From an uncultured Phycisphaerales bacterium (GTDB lineage Bacteria > Planctomycetota > Phycisphaerae > Tepidisphaerales > Tepidisphaeraceae): a DNA stretch of 64,000 nucleotides. Position 1 is the stretch's first letter. Each line of letters begins with the position of its first letter. Where the stretch lies: NCBI GenBank assembly GCA_963755915.1, contig CAVWLP010000002.1:4288001-4352000 (forward strand), in the 5' to 3' direction. This document shows, in pieces, positions 10,653 to 21,363 of this stretch. A program made the translations under genes and the position numbers. The notes below the pieces were generated by a model. The model saw only the letters and a list, made by a program, of their open reading frames with translations. It did not search any database and had not been told where the DNA came from.

Positions 10653-11495
10653 ATGATCAAATTGGAGGGAAAGCTGGGGGTGAAATGGGGGGGAAAGCTC
10701 GCTTTGGGGACTTCAGTGCTGGTAATTGTTGGATGGACAGGCGTTTCCCACGGCCAGGTGATTAGCTGGGAGGAGGACGTTTACGGCACCGTCCCATCCA
10801 ACGGCTACGCCGGCGTCGTCAGCGTCGATAACTGGACCGATTCCTATCCGGCCAACCAGACCACCAACCTGCCTGACAACACGGGCGCTGCCACCACGCT
10901 CGATTTGCAGGAAGTTTCGCCCCAAAGCCTCACTTGGGCGATTCAGTTTGCCCACCCCGGTCAGGACGCCGACGGGACCTACAACAAGGAAATGCTCAAC
11001 GGCTACCTGAATGGCGGGCCCGCCGAATGGAATCCCAGCCCGCCGAACAATGGGGTGGTGCTGACGAATATCCCCTACTCCGAGTATGACATCTACGTCT
11101 ACATCTCCTCCGACACGGCCGGCCGGACCGGATGGGTCACTGATGGCGGCGTCACCCAGGGCGGAGCCGCCAACGGCGACGCCACCATGAGCACCTTCAC
11201 TCCCGACGGCGCCACCACCTACGATTTCACCACCATCGGCCCCGCCGAAATCAGCACGCCTGACGCCACCTTCCTTCAAACTACTGACACCCTCGGGCTA
11301 TACCCCGCCGCCGACTACGCCGAGTTCACCAACCTGAGCGGGTCGAGCCAGACGATTACGGTTCAGATGCTCGTCAACGACGACTGGGCAGGCGTCGCCG
11401 GGTTCCAAGTCGTCGCCGTGCCGGAGCCAATGTCGCTTAGCTCATTGGCCGTGGCGGGTGCGCTTTTGAGCCTGCGGCGTCGGAAAGCTAATTGA
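10653..11495 (+). CDS. Small PEP-CTERM protein (no dockerin module)
   Basis: GGAGG RBS before ATG 10653; signal peptide; ends VPEPMSLSSLAVAGALLSLRRRKAN. Confidence 0.88.
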   Translation: MIKLEGKLGVKWGGKLALGTSVLVIVGWTGVSHGQVISWEEDVYGTVPSNGYAGVVSVDNWTDSYPANQTTNLPDNTGAATTLDLQEVSPQSLTWAIQFAHPGQDADGTYNKEMLNGYLNGGPAEWNPSPPNNGVVLTNIPYSEYDIYVYISSDTAGRTGWVTDGGVTQGGAANGDATMSTFTPDGATTYDFTTIGPAEISTPDATFLQTTDTLGLYPAADYAEFTNLSGSSQTITVQMLVNDDWAGVAGFQVVAVPEPMSLSSLAVAGALLSLRRRKAN

Positions 11496-11522
11496 GCTGA
11501 TCGCACAGAAATATGCCAAGAC

Positions 11523-11555
11523 AAGCCCCGGAAAACTACCGGGGCTTTTTGTTTT
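11523..11555 (+). terminator. Rho-independent terminator between convergent genes
   Basis: AAGCCCCGG-AAAACTA-CCGGGGCTT followed by TTTGTTTT. Confidence 0.8.
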
Positions 11556-11621
11556 AGTGGGTCAATTTGAGAGCGATGACGCGTTGGGTAAATTCCCACG
11601 GCAGCGCCGTGGGCGTTCAAT

Positions 11622-14272
11622 TCAAAGAGCAAATTGAGTCACTCGTTTTTTTGTCCTGCGCCTTCGCCAAGCCATTCCCGCCAGCATCGCTGCCCCAATT
11701 CCCATCGTCCCCGGCTCGGGCACTTCGTCCAATGCCAGCGTCCATTGCGACGCAATCGCCGGCGACAATTGCGCCGCCTGCGCTGACGTCAGCGGCTGGT
11801 CAAAATTCTCCGCCACCGCGACTAAATCCGCAAAATCCACCAAGCCGGTCGGATCATTCGTAAAATTCCCCTCCGCCCAGTCGTTGCCGGTGGTTTGCCA
11901 ATGCTGGGCGACGATCAGAAGATCGTTGAATCCGACCACTCCCTGCAAATCGGCATCGCCGAGAAGGGCATACTTGACGACAATCTGATCTGGGCCCGCC
12001 GGCGTTCCCGTGTCTGTGCTCCCATCTGCATATCCGATTCCGAAATGCGTTGGGTCGGCCATCGCGGCGCTGCTGGTGATCCCGGTGCCGTTCCAAGTGC
12101 CGCCGTTAAATCCGGAGATCAGCGCTTCCCGGATCGAAGCGATTGGAGATTGCCCGGCGGCATAGTTAATGACGAGCGTATTGGCCCCCACATCCAGCGT
12201 GCCGCCGGTAAGCGCCAGATCGTTCACGCTGAGTACCGTTTGCGACCCGGTTGCCAGCGACGCCTTCGCATTCGCCGGCAATTGCAGCGTATTGACGTTT
12301 GCCGAACTGGCGAAGGCTACGCTGGCGTTTGACCCGATATTGATGATCGACTGGTAAACCACATTCCCGCCGCCCGTCTGGACGATCGACATTCCCGAAT
12401 CGATCGTAATCGGATTGGCGATGATCAACTGTGCCCCCGTTGAAACATTGATCGTGGTATTGCTGGCGATGGTCATCGGCAGATTGATCTCCTGTGTCCC
12501 CGCCTGCACGATGATTTGCGCCGAGCCGGTGCTGGCCTGAAGCGTAAGCGAGCCCGCCCCGGTGATCTGATAGGTATTGGCATTATTGAAATTTAAGGTT
12601 CCGAGCGTCACCGGCGTGTCCGTATAAACCGTCGTTGACTGGGAGACTGCCCCAAAGAAATCCGCCTCGGCGCCTGCGGCGTTGGGGGCCGCGCCGCGGA
12701 GCCAGTTGTTTTCTTCGTTCCAATCGCCCGAGGCGTTTAAACCCCACTGCGGCGCCGGTGGCGGACCGGCGATGACAACCTCATACATCCCGGATGCGTC
12801 CGAATTCAGCGTCTGCGTGAATGTTCCCTCCCAGTTTCCAAGATCTGCGCCCGTCCATAGGTTTTTTACGTCATAGGCCGTTGTTGCGGAAAGACCGAGG
12901 CTGGCAAAGCTTACGCTCACCGACCCTGATGACGAGCCGGTGTTAAAGAGCGCCACATAATCGCTCGCGGAATTCGGGACCGCGGCTTCCCAGACGACTT
13001 GATTGTTGGCATTGGAAACCTGGTGATTCCCCAGGCTCGACTGATCTACCGCGAGTATCGCGCTGTTCGTTAGCAGTGAGGTCGTGAACGAATCGCTGGC
13101 CAGGCTGGGTAGATCTCCCCCCATAATCAGCGGCGAGCGGATGATCGACCAGAGGGTCATCACCGTCTGCTGCTGGTCCTGAGTCAGATCGCTGGAGCGC
13201 GCCGTCCCTACCGGTGGATTCAGAAAACTCCCCAGAGGCAGCATGTCGGCATCCGGCCAGTTGCCTGAGCCGGTGTTCGGATTGATCCCCTCATATTGCT
13301 CCCAGCTCGCCGCGGCCGCAAAGGCTGAGCTCACGTCGCTCCAGTTGTCCCACATGTCGTTCAGCATGCGCCACATGTTGGCGTCCTGTGTGAGTTGGCT
13401 TGCCTCGCTGAGCGGAGCCGGGCCGGGCGAGAGGCTGAGAACCATTGGCCGGCCTGACTGCGCAATGGCTTCCGCAACCCCGGCGACGTCCGCCGAGTGG
13501 TAGGTGGTGCTGAGCATGTCGTCGACTTTTACATAATCCACGCCCCAACTTGCGTACTGGTCGAAGATGGCGTCGTAATAATCCTGCGCACCCTGCGTGA
13601 GCTGTCCATTCGACCCGACATCAAGCCCCTGCATCTGGTTGAGCCACGGCGCTCCGGTGCCATTGCCTGCGGCAATTTCATCGGCCGTTACCGTGCCATT
13701 TGTTCCGGCGACCGGATCGTTGGCAAAGACCGCCTGCTGCGGAATTCCGCGCATGACGTGAATCCCAAAATCCAGGCCCAGGCTATGGCAATAGGCCGCC
13801 AGGTAGGCCATCCCATTGGTGTAATCCACGCCGTCCACGGTCCCGCCCGGAAACCGAGTCGGATCAGGCTCCAGCTCCCCGTTGGAATTCATCTCCAGCG
13901 GCGGGCTTGCCGTCGTCACGCCATGCTTCGTGGTAAACGCCTGCTGAAGATATCCCGATCCCGTTGTCCCCGACCCAAACGCCCCCTGCTGCGCCTGGGT
14001 CCAGGACCAGTCGTAATCGACGATGATGTATTTGTATCCGTACTGCGCGAGGTTCGCCGCCATGTAGTTGGCTTCCGACACCACTTCCGACTGCGTCACA
14101 AACGCGCCGTAAGAATCGTAACTGTCCCAGCCCATCGGCGGCGTCAGCGCTACCTGCGCCGCGCACCCGTCCCAAAAACCAACGAGAAAACCGCCGCGGT
14201 TAATAAACGCTTGCGCGGACCTGGAGAACCCGCCCCGCCTTTACCAGAAAAAATTCGAGCATCCAAAAACAT
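11622..14272 (-). CDS. GH27 glycoside hydrolase fused to stalk, diverged dockerin-like module and PEP-CTERM (signal peptide frameshifted near 14160)
   Basis: ALTPPMGWDS, DYVKVDD, WRMLNDMWD and WPDADML motifs; C-terminal ALLGDADLQG..VPEP-TM-RRRR. ATG 14272 gives MFLDAR...LLTAAVFSLVFGTGA in an adjacent frame. Confidence 0.85.
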
Positions 14273-14293
14273 AACGAGACACTCGCACTGCCA

Positions 14294-15706
14294 TTATTCG
14301 GCGGAAAGCCGGAAGAGCCCCGCCCCGTGAAACCGAATCCCCGGCGCAAACTCGCCGTGAAATTCCCCCAGATCGCTATGCTTCCAAAGATCCCGCACGC
14401 GCACGCCGCCGCTGAATCCCAGATCGCTGAACTGCACCGGAACCTTCGCATCCGGCGGATCAACTGCCGCCACGACCGGATCCTGCGCGTTGAAGACCGC
14501 CAGATATTTATCCCGCGACCCCGGCACATCCGCCACCCAGGCGATCAGATCATCATGCCGAAACACCTGCCTCCCCGGCGTATCCCTCTGATCCACCGCA
14601 ATGACTTCATCATTGGTAATCAGCGATAGCGTAAACGCATCATTCTGCGGCAAGTTCCCCCCAAACATCAGCGGCGACCGGCAGATCGCCCACAGCGTCA
14701 TCACCGTATACTGCTCATCCGGCGTAAACTCCGTATGCCCCTGCCGGGGGGAACGAATCGCCCCCAGCGGGAGCATATCCGCATCCGGATAATGCCCCAC
14801 GCCGCAATACGGCACCCAATTCGCGCAGCGCTGAAATTGCTCCTTCAGCGGCGGCCAACGATCCCAGAAATCATCCGAAATCCGCCAGAGATTCGCATGC
14901 GTCGCAATATGCGCCCCGTCCGACAGCGGCGTCGCCCCTGGGGAGGTGCTGAAAACCATTGGCCGTCCGGAATGATCGATGGCGTTGCGAATCGCCTCGA
15001 TCTCCCCCGTGTGGTAGGGCCGGCTCAAATCGTCCACCTTCACAAAATCCACGCCCCACTGCGCATACTGCGCAAACAGCGAATCGTAATACGCCTGCGC
15101 CCCCGGCTTGGACGTATCGACTCCGTACATATCCGGATTCCACGGGCAAGTGCTGTTGATATTCGCGATATCCCGCGCACGAAGCGAGGTCCCCATCACC
15201 GGCGTATTCAGCTCCACCGCCTGCCGCGGAATCCCCCGCAACATGTGAATCCCAAACTTCAGCCCCAGCGAATGAACATAATCCGCCAGACCCTTGAACC
15301 CATTCCCGTTCCCCGCCGATGAAAACCGATTAGCCGCCGGCAGCAGCCTTCCATATCCGTCCATCTGCAGCCGCGCATTGGGGCGATAATCCCACCCATT
15401 CGCCAGCGGCTCATACCACTGAATGTCCACCACAATGTATTGCCATCCATGCTGCTTCAGATTCTGAGCCATGTAATCCGCATTGGCCCGCACCTGCGGC
15501 TCAGTCACCGCCGCCCCAAAACAGTCCCAGCTATTCCACCCCATCGGCGGTGTGGTTGCCCATTGATAAAACTGCGGTGAATCAGTCGCCATTTGATCGC
15601 CTGCCATAGCAGAATCAGTCAGAGCCTGGCAACAAATCAGCCCTACAGCCAGCGCCGCAAGGCATCGGCGAAAGTTTACCGGAAAACCCTCAAACGACTT
15701 AGGCAT
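14294..15706 (-). CDS. Secreted GH27 alpha-galactosidase / beta-L-arabinopyranosidase-like enzyme
   Basis: Signal peptide; TPPMGWNSWD, YIVVDIQWY, DFVKVDD, WRISDDFWD and PDADMLPLG motifs. Confidence 0.92.
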   Translation of the reverse strand: MPKSFEGFPVNFRRCLAALAVGLICCQALTDSAMAGDQMATDSPQFYQWATTPPMGWNSWDCFGAAVTEPQVRANADYMAQNLKQHGWQYIVVDIQWYEPLANGWDYRPNARLQMDGYGRLLPAANRFSSAGNGNGFKGLADYVHSLGLKFGIHMLRGIPRQAVELNTPVMGTSLRARDIANINSTCPWNPDMYGVDTSKPGAQAYYDSLFAQYAQWGVDFVKVDDLSRPYHTGEIEAIRNAIDHSGRPMVFSTSPGATPLSDGAHIATHANLWRISDDFWDRWPPLKEQFQRCANWVPYCGVGHYPDADMLPLGAIRSPRQGHTEFTPDEQYTVMTLWAICRSPLMFGGNLPQNDAFTLSLITNDEVIAVDQRDTPGRQVFRHDDLIAWVADVPGSRDKYLAVFNAQDPVVAAVDPPDAKVPVQFSDLGFSGGVRVRDLWKHSDLGEFHGEFAPGIRFHGAGLFRLSAE

Positions 15707-15731
15707 GATTTAAATCATTCCAGCCTATTGG

Positions 15732-16856
15732 CTACTGCTTTGGAAGCGGTGCAGGCGGGCTAATCCCAACCGCCGACATCGGGCTCCATTGCAGCCCCCA
15801 AAGGTCCGGCAGATTCACCGTCTCTGCATGACCATCGAAGAACACCACATTGATCGCACGGCCGTGGCGCGCAAAACAGAATCTCGTCATCATTGAAAAG
15901 TTTGCCGACACGGAGGCGTTGTTCTTAAAGGAAACAGGCGTTTCCGAGCCATCCAACACGCTGGGCGGATAATCAGTACAAGGTTGCAGTTGGAAACTTG
16001 GATTCGTACCGAAGTTGCACGGCCACCCCTCGTGCCAAGTGGAATCCGTGAAGACAGGAACACGTGACGCGTTCATCACCCGCTTGGGGTTGTGAAAAAA
16101 GTTGAACCATGTGGTAAGCGTCTTCGCCGTGCTCCCGTTATATGGCCCCTTATATTGCAGACCACTCCAATAGATCGGCGCGGGATAACCGCCGACAATC
16201 GGCGCGTGCACCGCATCATAAAGCCATCCGTTCATTCCATAGCTGCTGGCCATGTACACGACATCGTCAAACGTGCCGGGCCCCCAAGGAACATTCTCCA
16301 TGCCGAAGTATCCGCCCTGCGGATTGACTCCATATTGGGTAATTGCAAAAGCAGGCGCCGGGGTAATATTGCCGTACGGGGCTTCCGGGCAAAACCAAAC
16401 CTGCGGCAGTCTCGGCAAAAATCCAACCTGATCCGACCATTTCGCTGCGCTGAAGACCGGAAGCCCGCTGCTCGGGTCGTACGGATTAACGAATCCCTGC
16501 AGATATTTCCCAATCCTTACCATCCAATAGACAGGCTCAGTTGAATTCGGCAATGTTGGGTTGTAGCCGTCATTAATGGTCGGCTCCTCGTATCCATTCT
16601 CCTGCAGATACATCTGGTGAGCCTGCCCCAATTGCCGCAGATTCGACAGGCACTCCAGCGTATTGGCCTGCTTCCGCGCCTTTTGAAGCGCGGGGAGCAG
16701 GATGCCGATCAAAATCGCTATAATCCCAATCACCACAAGCAGTTCCACGAGCGTAAACCCCCGCCCGTGTGTCAACCTATCTCTTTTCGCTCTCACGCCG
16801 ACGTCTCCTCGTTGCCGAATGGAATGAACGCTGCTCCGTCGCTGAACGCTGGGCAT
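15732..16856 (-). CDS. Prepilin-type N-terminal methylation / DUF1559-like H-X9-DG protein
   Basis: [35 protein letters not shown]-terminal [25 protein letters not shown] before ATG 16856. Confidence 0.92.
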   Translation of the reverse strand: MPSVQRRSSVHSIRQRGDVGVRAKRDRLTHGRGFTLVELLVVIGIIAILIGILLPALQKARKQANTLECLSNLRQLGQAHQMYLQENGYEEPTINDGYNPTLPNSTEPVYWMVRIGKYLQGFVNPYDPSSGLPVFSAAKWSDQVGFLPRLPQVWFCPEAPYGNITPAPAFAITQYGVNPQGGYFGMENVPWGPGTFDDVVYMASSYGMNGWLYDAVHAPIVGGYPAPIYWSGLQYKGPYNGSTAKTLTTWFNFFHNPKRVMNASRVPVFTDSTWHEGWPCNFGTNPSFQLQPCTDYPPSVLDGSETPVSFKNNASVSANFSMMTRFCFARHGRAINVVFFDGHAETVNLPDLWGLQWSPMSAVGISPPAPLPKQ

Positions 16857-16901
16857 TGTTGGCTCTCCAGAGGCGGCGCGATTTGGCCTCCGCCGAATGG
16901 C

Positions 16902-16928
16902 AACGGTTCCCGGCTGGGAAATTGGACA
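16902..16928 (-). promoter_or_regulatory. Putative ECF promoter TGTCCAA-N16-CGTT
   Basis: Minus strand reads TGTCCAA TTTCCCAGCCGGGAAC CGTT, upstream of the prepilin-GH27-GH27 run. Confidence 0.75.
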
Positions 16929-16999
16929 TGCTTTTCGCGGATTTCCTTGCTCCCAGCGGACTTGAGCGGGCTCGTCTTCCTTCAATTTCTATGAAAATC

Positions 17000-17027
17000 T
17001 GTCCAATTCCGATTCCCCCTGCCGTAA
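17000..17027 (+). promoter_or_regulatory. Putative autoregulatory ECF promoter TGTCCAA-N16-CGTAA
   Basis: TGTCCAA TTCCGATTCCCCCTGC CGTAA, about 50 bp upstream of the ECF sigma start. Confidence 0.78.
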
Positions 17028-17076
17028 TCAGCTGCCGCCGGACCCTTTGCTATGCCCGCGCGGCAAGGGAACCGTG

Positions 17077-17628
17077 ATGGATCAGTCAATGGACCCCCAA
17101 GCGAATGACCCGCAGGCAAGGGCGGACGAATTCATTCAGCTATTCACGGCCAATGAATCCAGTTTGCGGGCTTATGTCCTCTCCCTGGTCCCCCGCTGGA
17201 CGGATGCCGAGGAAATTGTCCAGCAGTGCAGCGTCGTTCTATGGAAAAAATTCTCCCAATTCCGGACTGGCACCAATTTCTTCGCCTGGGCCTGCCAGGT
17301 CGCCCGGCTGGAAGTAAAGGACTACCGCCGCCGGCAAAAACGCGACCGAGTCGTCTTCAGCGACGAGTTCATCGAAGCGATCGCCGACGACGCCCTGGCA
17401 AGCCAGTCCGAACTGCTGGTTCGCCTCGGCGCCCTTCAGCATTGCGTGGAGAAGCTCTCGCGGGATCAGCGCGAGCTGCTTCGCCTCCGATACAACGACA
17501 GCGGGTCGATCGACTCCGTCGCTGCGGCCGTCAATCGTTCCGTCGACGCCGTCTACAAGAGCCTCAGCCGCATTCGCCAGGCCCTGCACGATTGCATCAA
17601 CCGGACCCTGGCAGTTGGAGATATTTGA
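17077..17628 (+). CDS. ECF sigma-70 factor (Planctomycete/Verrucomicrobia type)
   Basis: Region 2 'DAEEIVQQCSVVLWKK...NFFAWACQVAR'; region 4 'LRLRY...VYKSLSRIRQALHDCI'. Confidence 0.92.
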   Translation: MDQSMDPQANDPQARADEFIQLFTANESSLRAYVLSLVPRWTDAEEIVQQCSVVLWKKFSQFRTGTNFFAWACQVARLEVKDYRRRQKRDRVVFSDEFIEAIADDALASQSELLVRLGALQHCVEKLSRDQRELLRLRYNDSGSIDSVAAAVNRSVDAVYKSLSRIRQALHDCINRTLAVGDI

Positions 17629-17641
17629 GCAAAGGTCATCG

Positions 17642-19351
17642 GTGAGCAACGAGAATCCCCAACAATCTTCATCGCCAACTCCTCCCCCCGACGAAATCGC
17701 CGCCGCGACGCAGTTGATTCTCGCGCTCTGCGACGAGCCGCCACCCCCGACCAGATCGCCGAGTTGGAGCGCCTCATCCGCCAAAACCCTGCCGTCCGCA
17801 AGCTCTACTTCCGGATGATGCAGCTTCACGCCGGCCTGCATTTCTACGGCTCCGCCCTGGGCATCAAGGACCCCGGCGACGATTCCGGATCCGATCCCGG
17901 ATTTGGCTCGCGCGCCCGAGATTTCCAGAAGCAGGTACTCTCTTCAATTCGTTCCACAATGGGAGTCTCAGGGACCCCCTCCGGCGCAACCTGGCGACGA
18001 CCAACCTTCAAATTTCGGCAGGCCGGTTAACTTCGTCTGGCGAATAGGCCTGGCGCTGGCGGCAATCCTCCTCCTTGCCCTGGCCCTCTCCAAGCCCTGG
18101 TCGTGGCGCAATGCCCAGCAGGGTGCCGGCGCAGGCAATTCGAGCCAGCCCGGCCTTGCCGATCTTAACTCCGCCAGCGTCACCGCCGTCGCCGGCTCCG
18201 GCTCCATCTTTCAATCCGGACAGAAACTTCCCACCGGCCAACTCTTTGAGCTTGAGCACCAGGACATCCAGTTCGAGCTCGCCGGTGGTGGACGCGTTAC
18301 CATCGCCGCCCCCTCCCAGTTCAAGCTCGATTCCGGATCGGAGCTGTTCCTCACCCGTGGCAACGTCGAATCGCGCATCCCCGGCGGCGGCTTCGTCGTT
18401 CGCACCCCCACCGCTGTCATCACCGACCTCGGCACCGAATTCGGCGTCTCCGTCGCCAGCTCCGGCGCGACTCACGTTGACGTATTCGAAGGGAAAGTCG
18501 CGGTAACCCCCGCGAACCCATCGCCAAATTCCCCCGCCGGCCTCCTTCTCTCCGCCGGCCAGGCCGCCTCCGTATCCGCCACAACCATCGCCATGGATCC
18601 CGCCGGCGCAATCGCCCAACGCTTCGTCTCACAACTTAACAGCTCCCTCGATTCCCTCGACCTCGCCGACCTCGTCTCCGGCGGCGACGGCTCCACCCAC
18701 CGCCGCGGCAACGCTATCGACGCCCTCACCGGCCAAACGGGCGTCCTCAAAGTCGTCGGCGCTCGTGACGGCGACTACAAATACCATCGCGTCGCCACCC
18801 TCCCCGTCATCGACGGCGCCTTCGTCCCCGATGGACAGCGCGGCCCCAGTCAGATCGACTCCCTCGGCGACCGCTTCCAGTTCCCGAGCACCTCCAATCT
18901 CAGCTTTAACCGCATCTGGACCGGTGGCCCAATTCCCTGGACCAGCGAGCGCGGAATCTCCAGCGTCCTGGGCGACATCGACTACTCCACCCCCGAACAC
19001 TCGATCCTCTGCATTCACAGCAACAACGCCCTCACTCTCGACCTTGCCGCCATTGGCCGCCTCTACCCCGACCGCAAAATCTCCGCATTCCAATGCACCA
19101 TCGGCAACAGCTACGTCAACGGAAGCTCCGACGAAACCGGCGTAAATCCCCGCGCCGATGTATTTGTCATCGTCGACGGCTCCGCGCGATTTGAAAAACA
19201 GCGTTTCATCAACCAGGACGGACCCTTTAAGGTCGATGTCTCCCTCAACCAGGGGGACCGATTCCTCACCCTTGCCACCACCGACGGCGGCGACACAATC
19301 AACGACGACTGGATCCTCTGGGTTGATACGACGCTTCGAATCTCGCCATAG
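17642..19351 (+). CDS. FecR-type anti-sigma factor with C-terminal NPCBM/NEW2-like domain (frameshifts near 17740 and 17910)
   Basis: N-terminal 'LILALCD..ELERLI..Y...HAGL' anti-sigma-like segment split over frames; TM helix; FecR motif FVVRTPTAVITDLGTEFGV..VDVFEGKV; C-terminal FLTLATTDGGDTINDDW. Confidence 0.82.
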
Positions 19352-19450
19352 CGGCCGCGTGTGCCGTCAGATGAGACGTCTGGGCGAATTGTTTAGTTGA
19401 ATTGTCACAGCCGCCCTTTTGCAGGCGGCCATATCTTCAGGAGGTGTATT

Positions 19451-21265
19451 ATGGGAGCGGGACGAACGAGGTCCATCATCATGCTGGCTTGCGCAGGCGT
19501 GGCCGGAATTACCCTCAAGGCCCACGCGCAAAACACAGTCGAAAATCCAAACTTCCTGACCCCCAGCACGGGCGGCTACATCGACGACAGCAACGCCGAA
19601 ATCAACACTCCCGGCACGACAAATTTCTGGGACTGGGGCTACTATTTCGGCCAGACCGGCACCGCCGACAAAGACGCCGGCGTCCAGGCCAATACCAACG
19701 CCCAGCTTACCAATCCCCCCAGCGGTTCCAGCCAGAGCGGCTGGGTGAACGGCGCGGATGACTATCTCTATCAGGACGTGGGCGCCCTCGCCGCCAACAC
19801 CACCTACGACCTCACCGTCTCCGTCGCCGCCCCCGGCGGAACCGCCTACGGCGGCGTCGGCGCCGGCAACAACCAGCCCACCGATCTCATCGCCCTGCTC
19901 AACGGCGACAACGTCCTCACCACCACCAACAACGTCGCCGCCAACGGAACGGTCCTCAATTCTCTGAACGTCACCCCCAACAACGGCACCTGGACAGACT
20001 ATTCCGTCAGCTACACCACCGGCTCCTCCGTGAGCGGCGACCTCACCATCCAGCTCGAGGAAACCGCCTCCGGCGCTCACGAGCAGGGCAACTTCGGCGA
20101 CGTTCGCCTGACCGTCAACGGCGTCACCCCGCCCAGCCAATGGGGCGTCAACTCCTCCGGCGACTGGAACGTCGCCTCCAACTGGACCAACAGTACCGTC
20201 CCCAACGCCGCCGGCGCTGAGGCCGACTTCTTCAGCGCCATCACTTCCAACCACACCGTCTTCACCGACGCCGCCGACACGGTCGGAACGATCAATTTCA
20301 ACAACGCCAACATGTACGAAATCACCGGCACCGGCTCCCTCACCCTGCAAGCCGCCACCGGCAACGCCCAGGTCATCGTTCAGCAGGGGTCGCAGGAAAT
20401 CAATCTCCCCACCACCGTGGCGAGCAACACCGTCTTCAACGTCTCCAGCGGCGCGACCCTCACCATCGGCAACCCGCTGACGATCGATTCCGGCGTGACC
20501 GTCACCCAAACCGGCAGCGGCAGCGTCGTCTACAACTCGATCATCAACGTCGGCAGCAGCGCCTCGATCGCCTTTGCCGATTCCACCCACGCCCACGAGC
20601 TTTCGGTTGCGTCCGGCGGCACAGCCTCCATCACCAGCCCCAGTGGCGGCGTCGTTCTCGAAGTAGACAGCCTTGCCAACTCCGGCACCGTCAACGTCGC
20701 CAACAACGAGCTGCTGATCAACTACGGGGCCAGCACCAGCCCACTTTCCACCGTCATCTCCGAGCTGAAGACCGGCTACAACAGCGGCGCCTGGAACGGA
20801 CCCGGCATCGACTCCACCTCCGCCCACGCTCACGCAGGATACGGACTCGGTTTTGCAGACGCTGCAGACCAGGGCAACCCCGCCCATCTCTCCTCCGGCA
20901 CGCTCGAAGTGAAGTACACCCTCCTCGGCGATGCTAATCTCGACGGCACCGTCAACGGCACCGACTTCTCGATCCTGGCTGCGAATTTCGGACTCGGCGC
21001 CACCAACTGGGACCAGGGAAATTTCCTATTCACGTCTTCCGTCAACGGCTCCGATTTCAGCGCCCTGGCCTCAAACTTCGGGCTCGGCGCCAGTGGCGCC
21101 GCCGATGCCGGCGTTTCGACCGCCGACATTGCCGCTCTTGACGCTTTTGCCGCGGCGAACGACTTGGCGGTGCCGGCGGTTAACTCTGTGCCGGAACCGG
21201 CATCGCTCGGCTTGCTGGCGCTGGGTACGGTCGGCATTTTGTCGCGTCGCCGACGAACGCAATAA
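19451..21265 (+). CDS. PEP-CTERM protein: CBM-like head, stalk, dockerin-like module
   Basis: AGGAGG RBS; signal peptide; 'NPNF..LYQDVGAL..TYDL..FGDVRL' beta-sandwich-like head; TLLGDANLDG module; VPEP-TM-RRRR. Confidence 0.88.
   Translation: MGAGRTRSIIMLACAGVAGITLKAHAQNTVENPNFLTPSTGGYIDDSNAEINTPGTTNFWDWGYYFGQTGTADKDAGVQANTNAQLTNPPSGSSQSGWVNGADDYLYQDVGALAANTTYDLTVSVAAPGGTAYGGVGAGNNQPTDLIALLNGDNVLTTTNNVAANGTVLNSLNVTPNNGTWTDYSVSYTTGSSVSGDLTIQLEETASGAHEQGNFGDVRLTVNGVTPPSQWGVNSSGDWNVASNWTNSTVPNAAGAEADFFSAITSNHTVFTDAADTVGTINFNNANMYEITGTGSLTLQAATGNAQVIVQQGSQEINLPTTVASNTVFNVSSGATLTIGNPLTIDSGVTVTQTGSGSVVYNSIINVGSSASIAFADSTHAHELSVASGGTASITSPSGGVVLEVDSLANSGTVNVANNELLINYGASTSPLSTVISELKTGYNSGAWNGPGIDSTSAHAHAGYGLGFADAADQGNPAHLSSGTLEVKYTLLGDANLDGTVNGTDFSILAANFGLGATNWDQGNFLFTSSVNGSDFSALASNFGLGASGAADAGVSTADIAALDAFAAANDLAVPAVNSVPEPASLGLLALGTVGILSRRRRTQ
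20911..21080 (+). repeat. Dispersed coding repeat: dockerin-like double EF-hand module (representative copy)
   Basis: YTLLGDANLDGxVNGxDFSILAANFGLGxTNWDQGNF..SVNGSDFSALAxNFG also occurs at ~3520-3690(-), ~25760-25930, ~29165-29335, ~36150-36320, ~47700-47866, and diverged at ~11800-11975(-). Confidence 0.92.
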
Positions 21266-21363
21266 AACACCTGGATTTCGCAGTGTGACATGCCCCGGAA
21301 CGGCTTTTATTCAGACTGAAAAAAAAGCGCTCCGATTCGCACGTGGCATGATACAATGGCACC

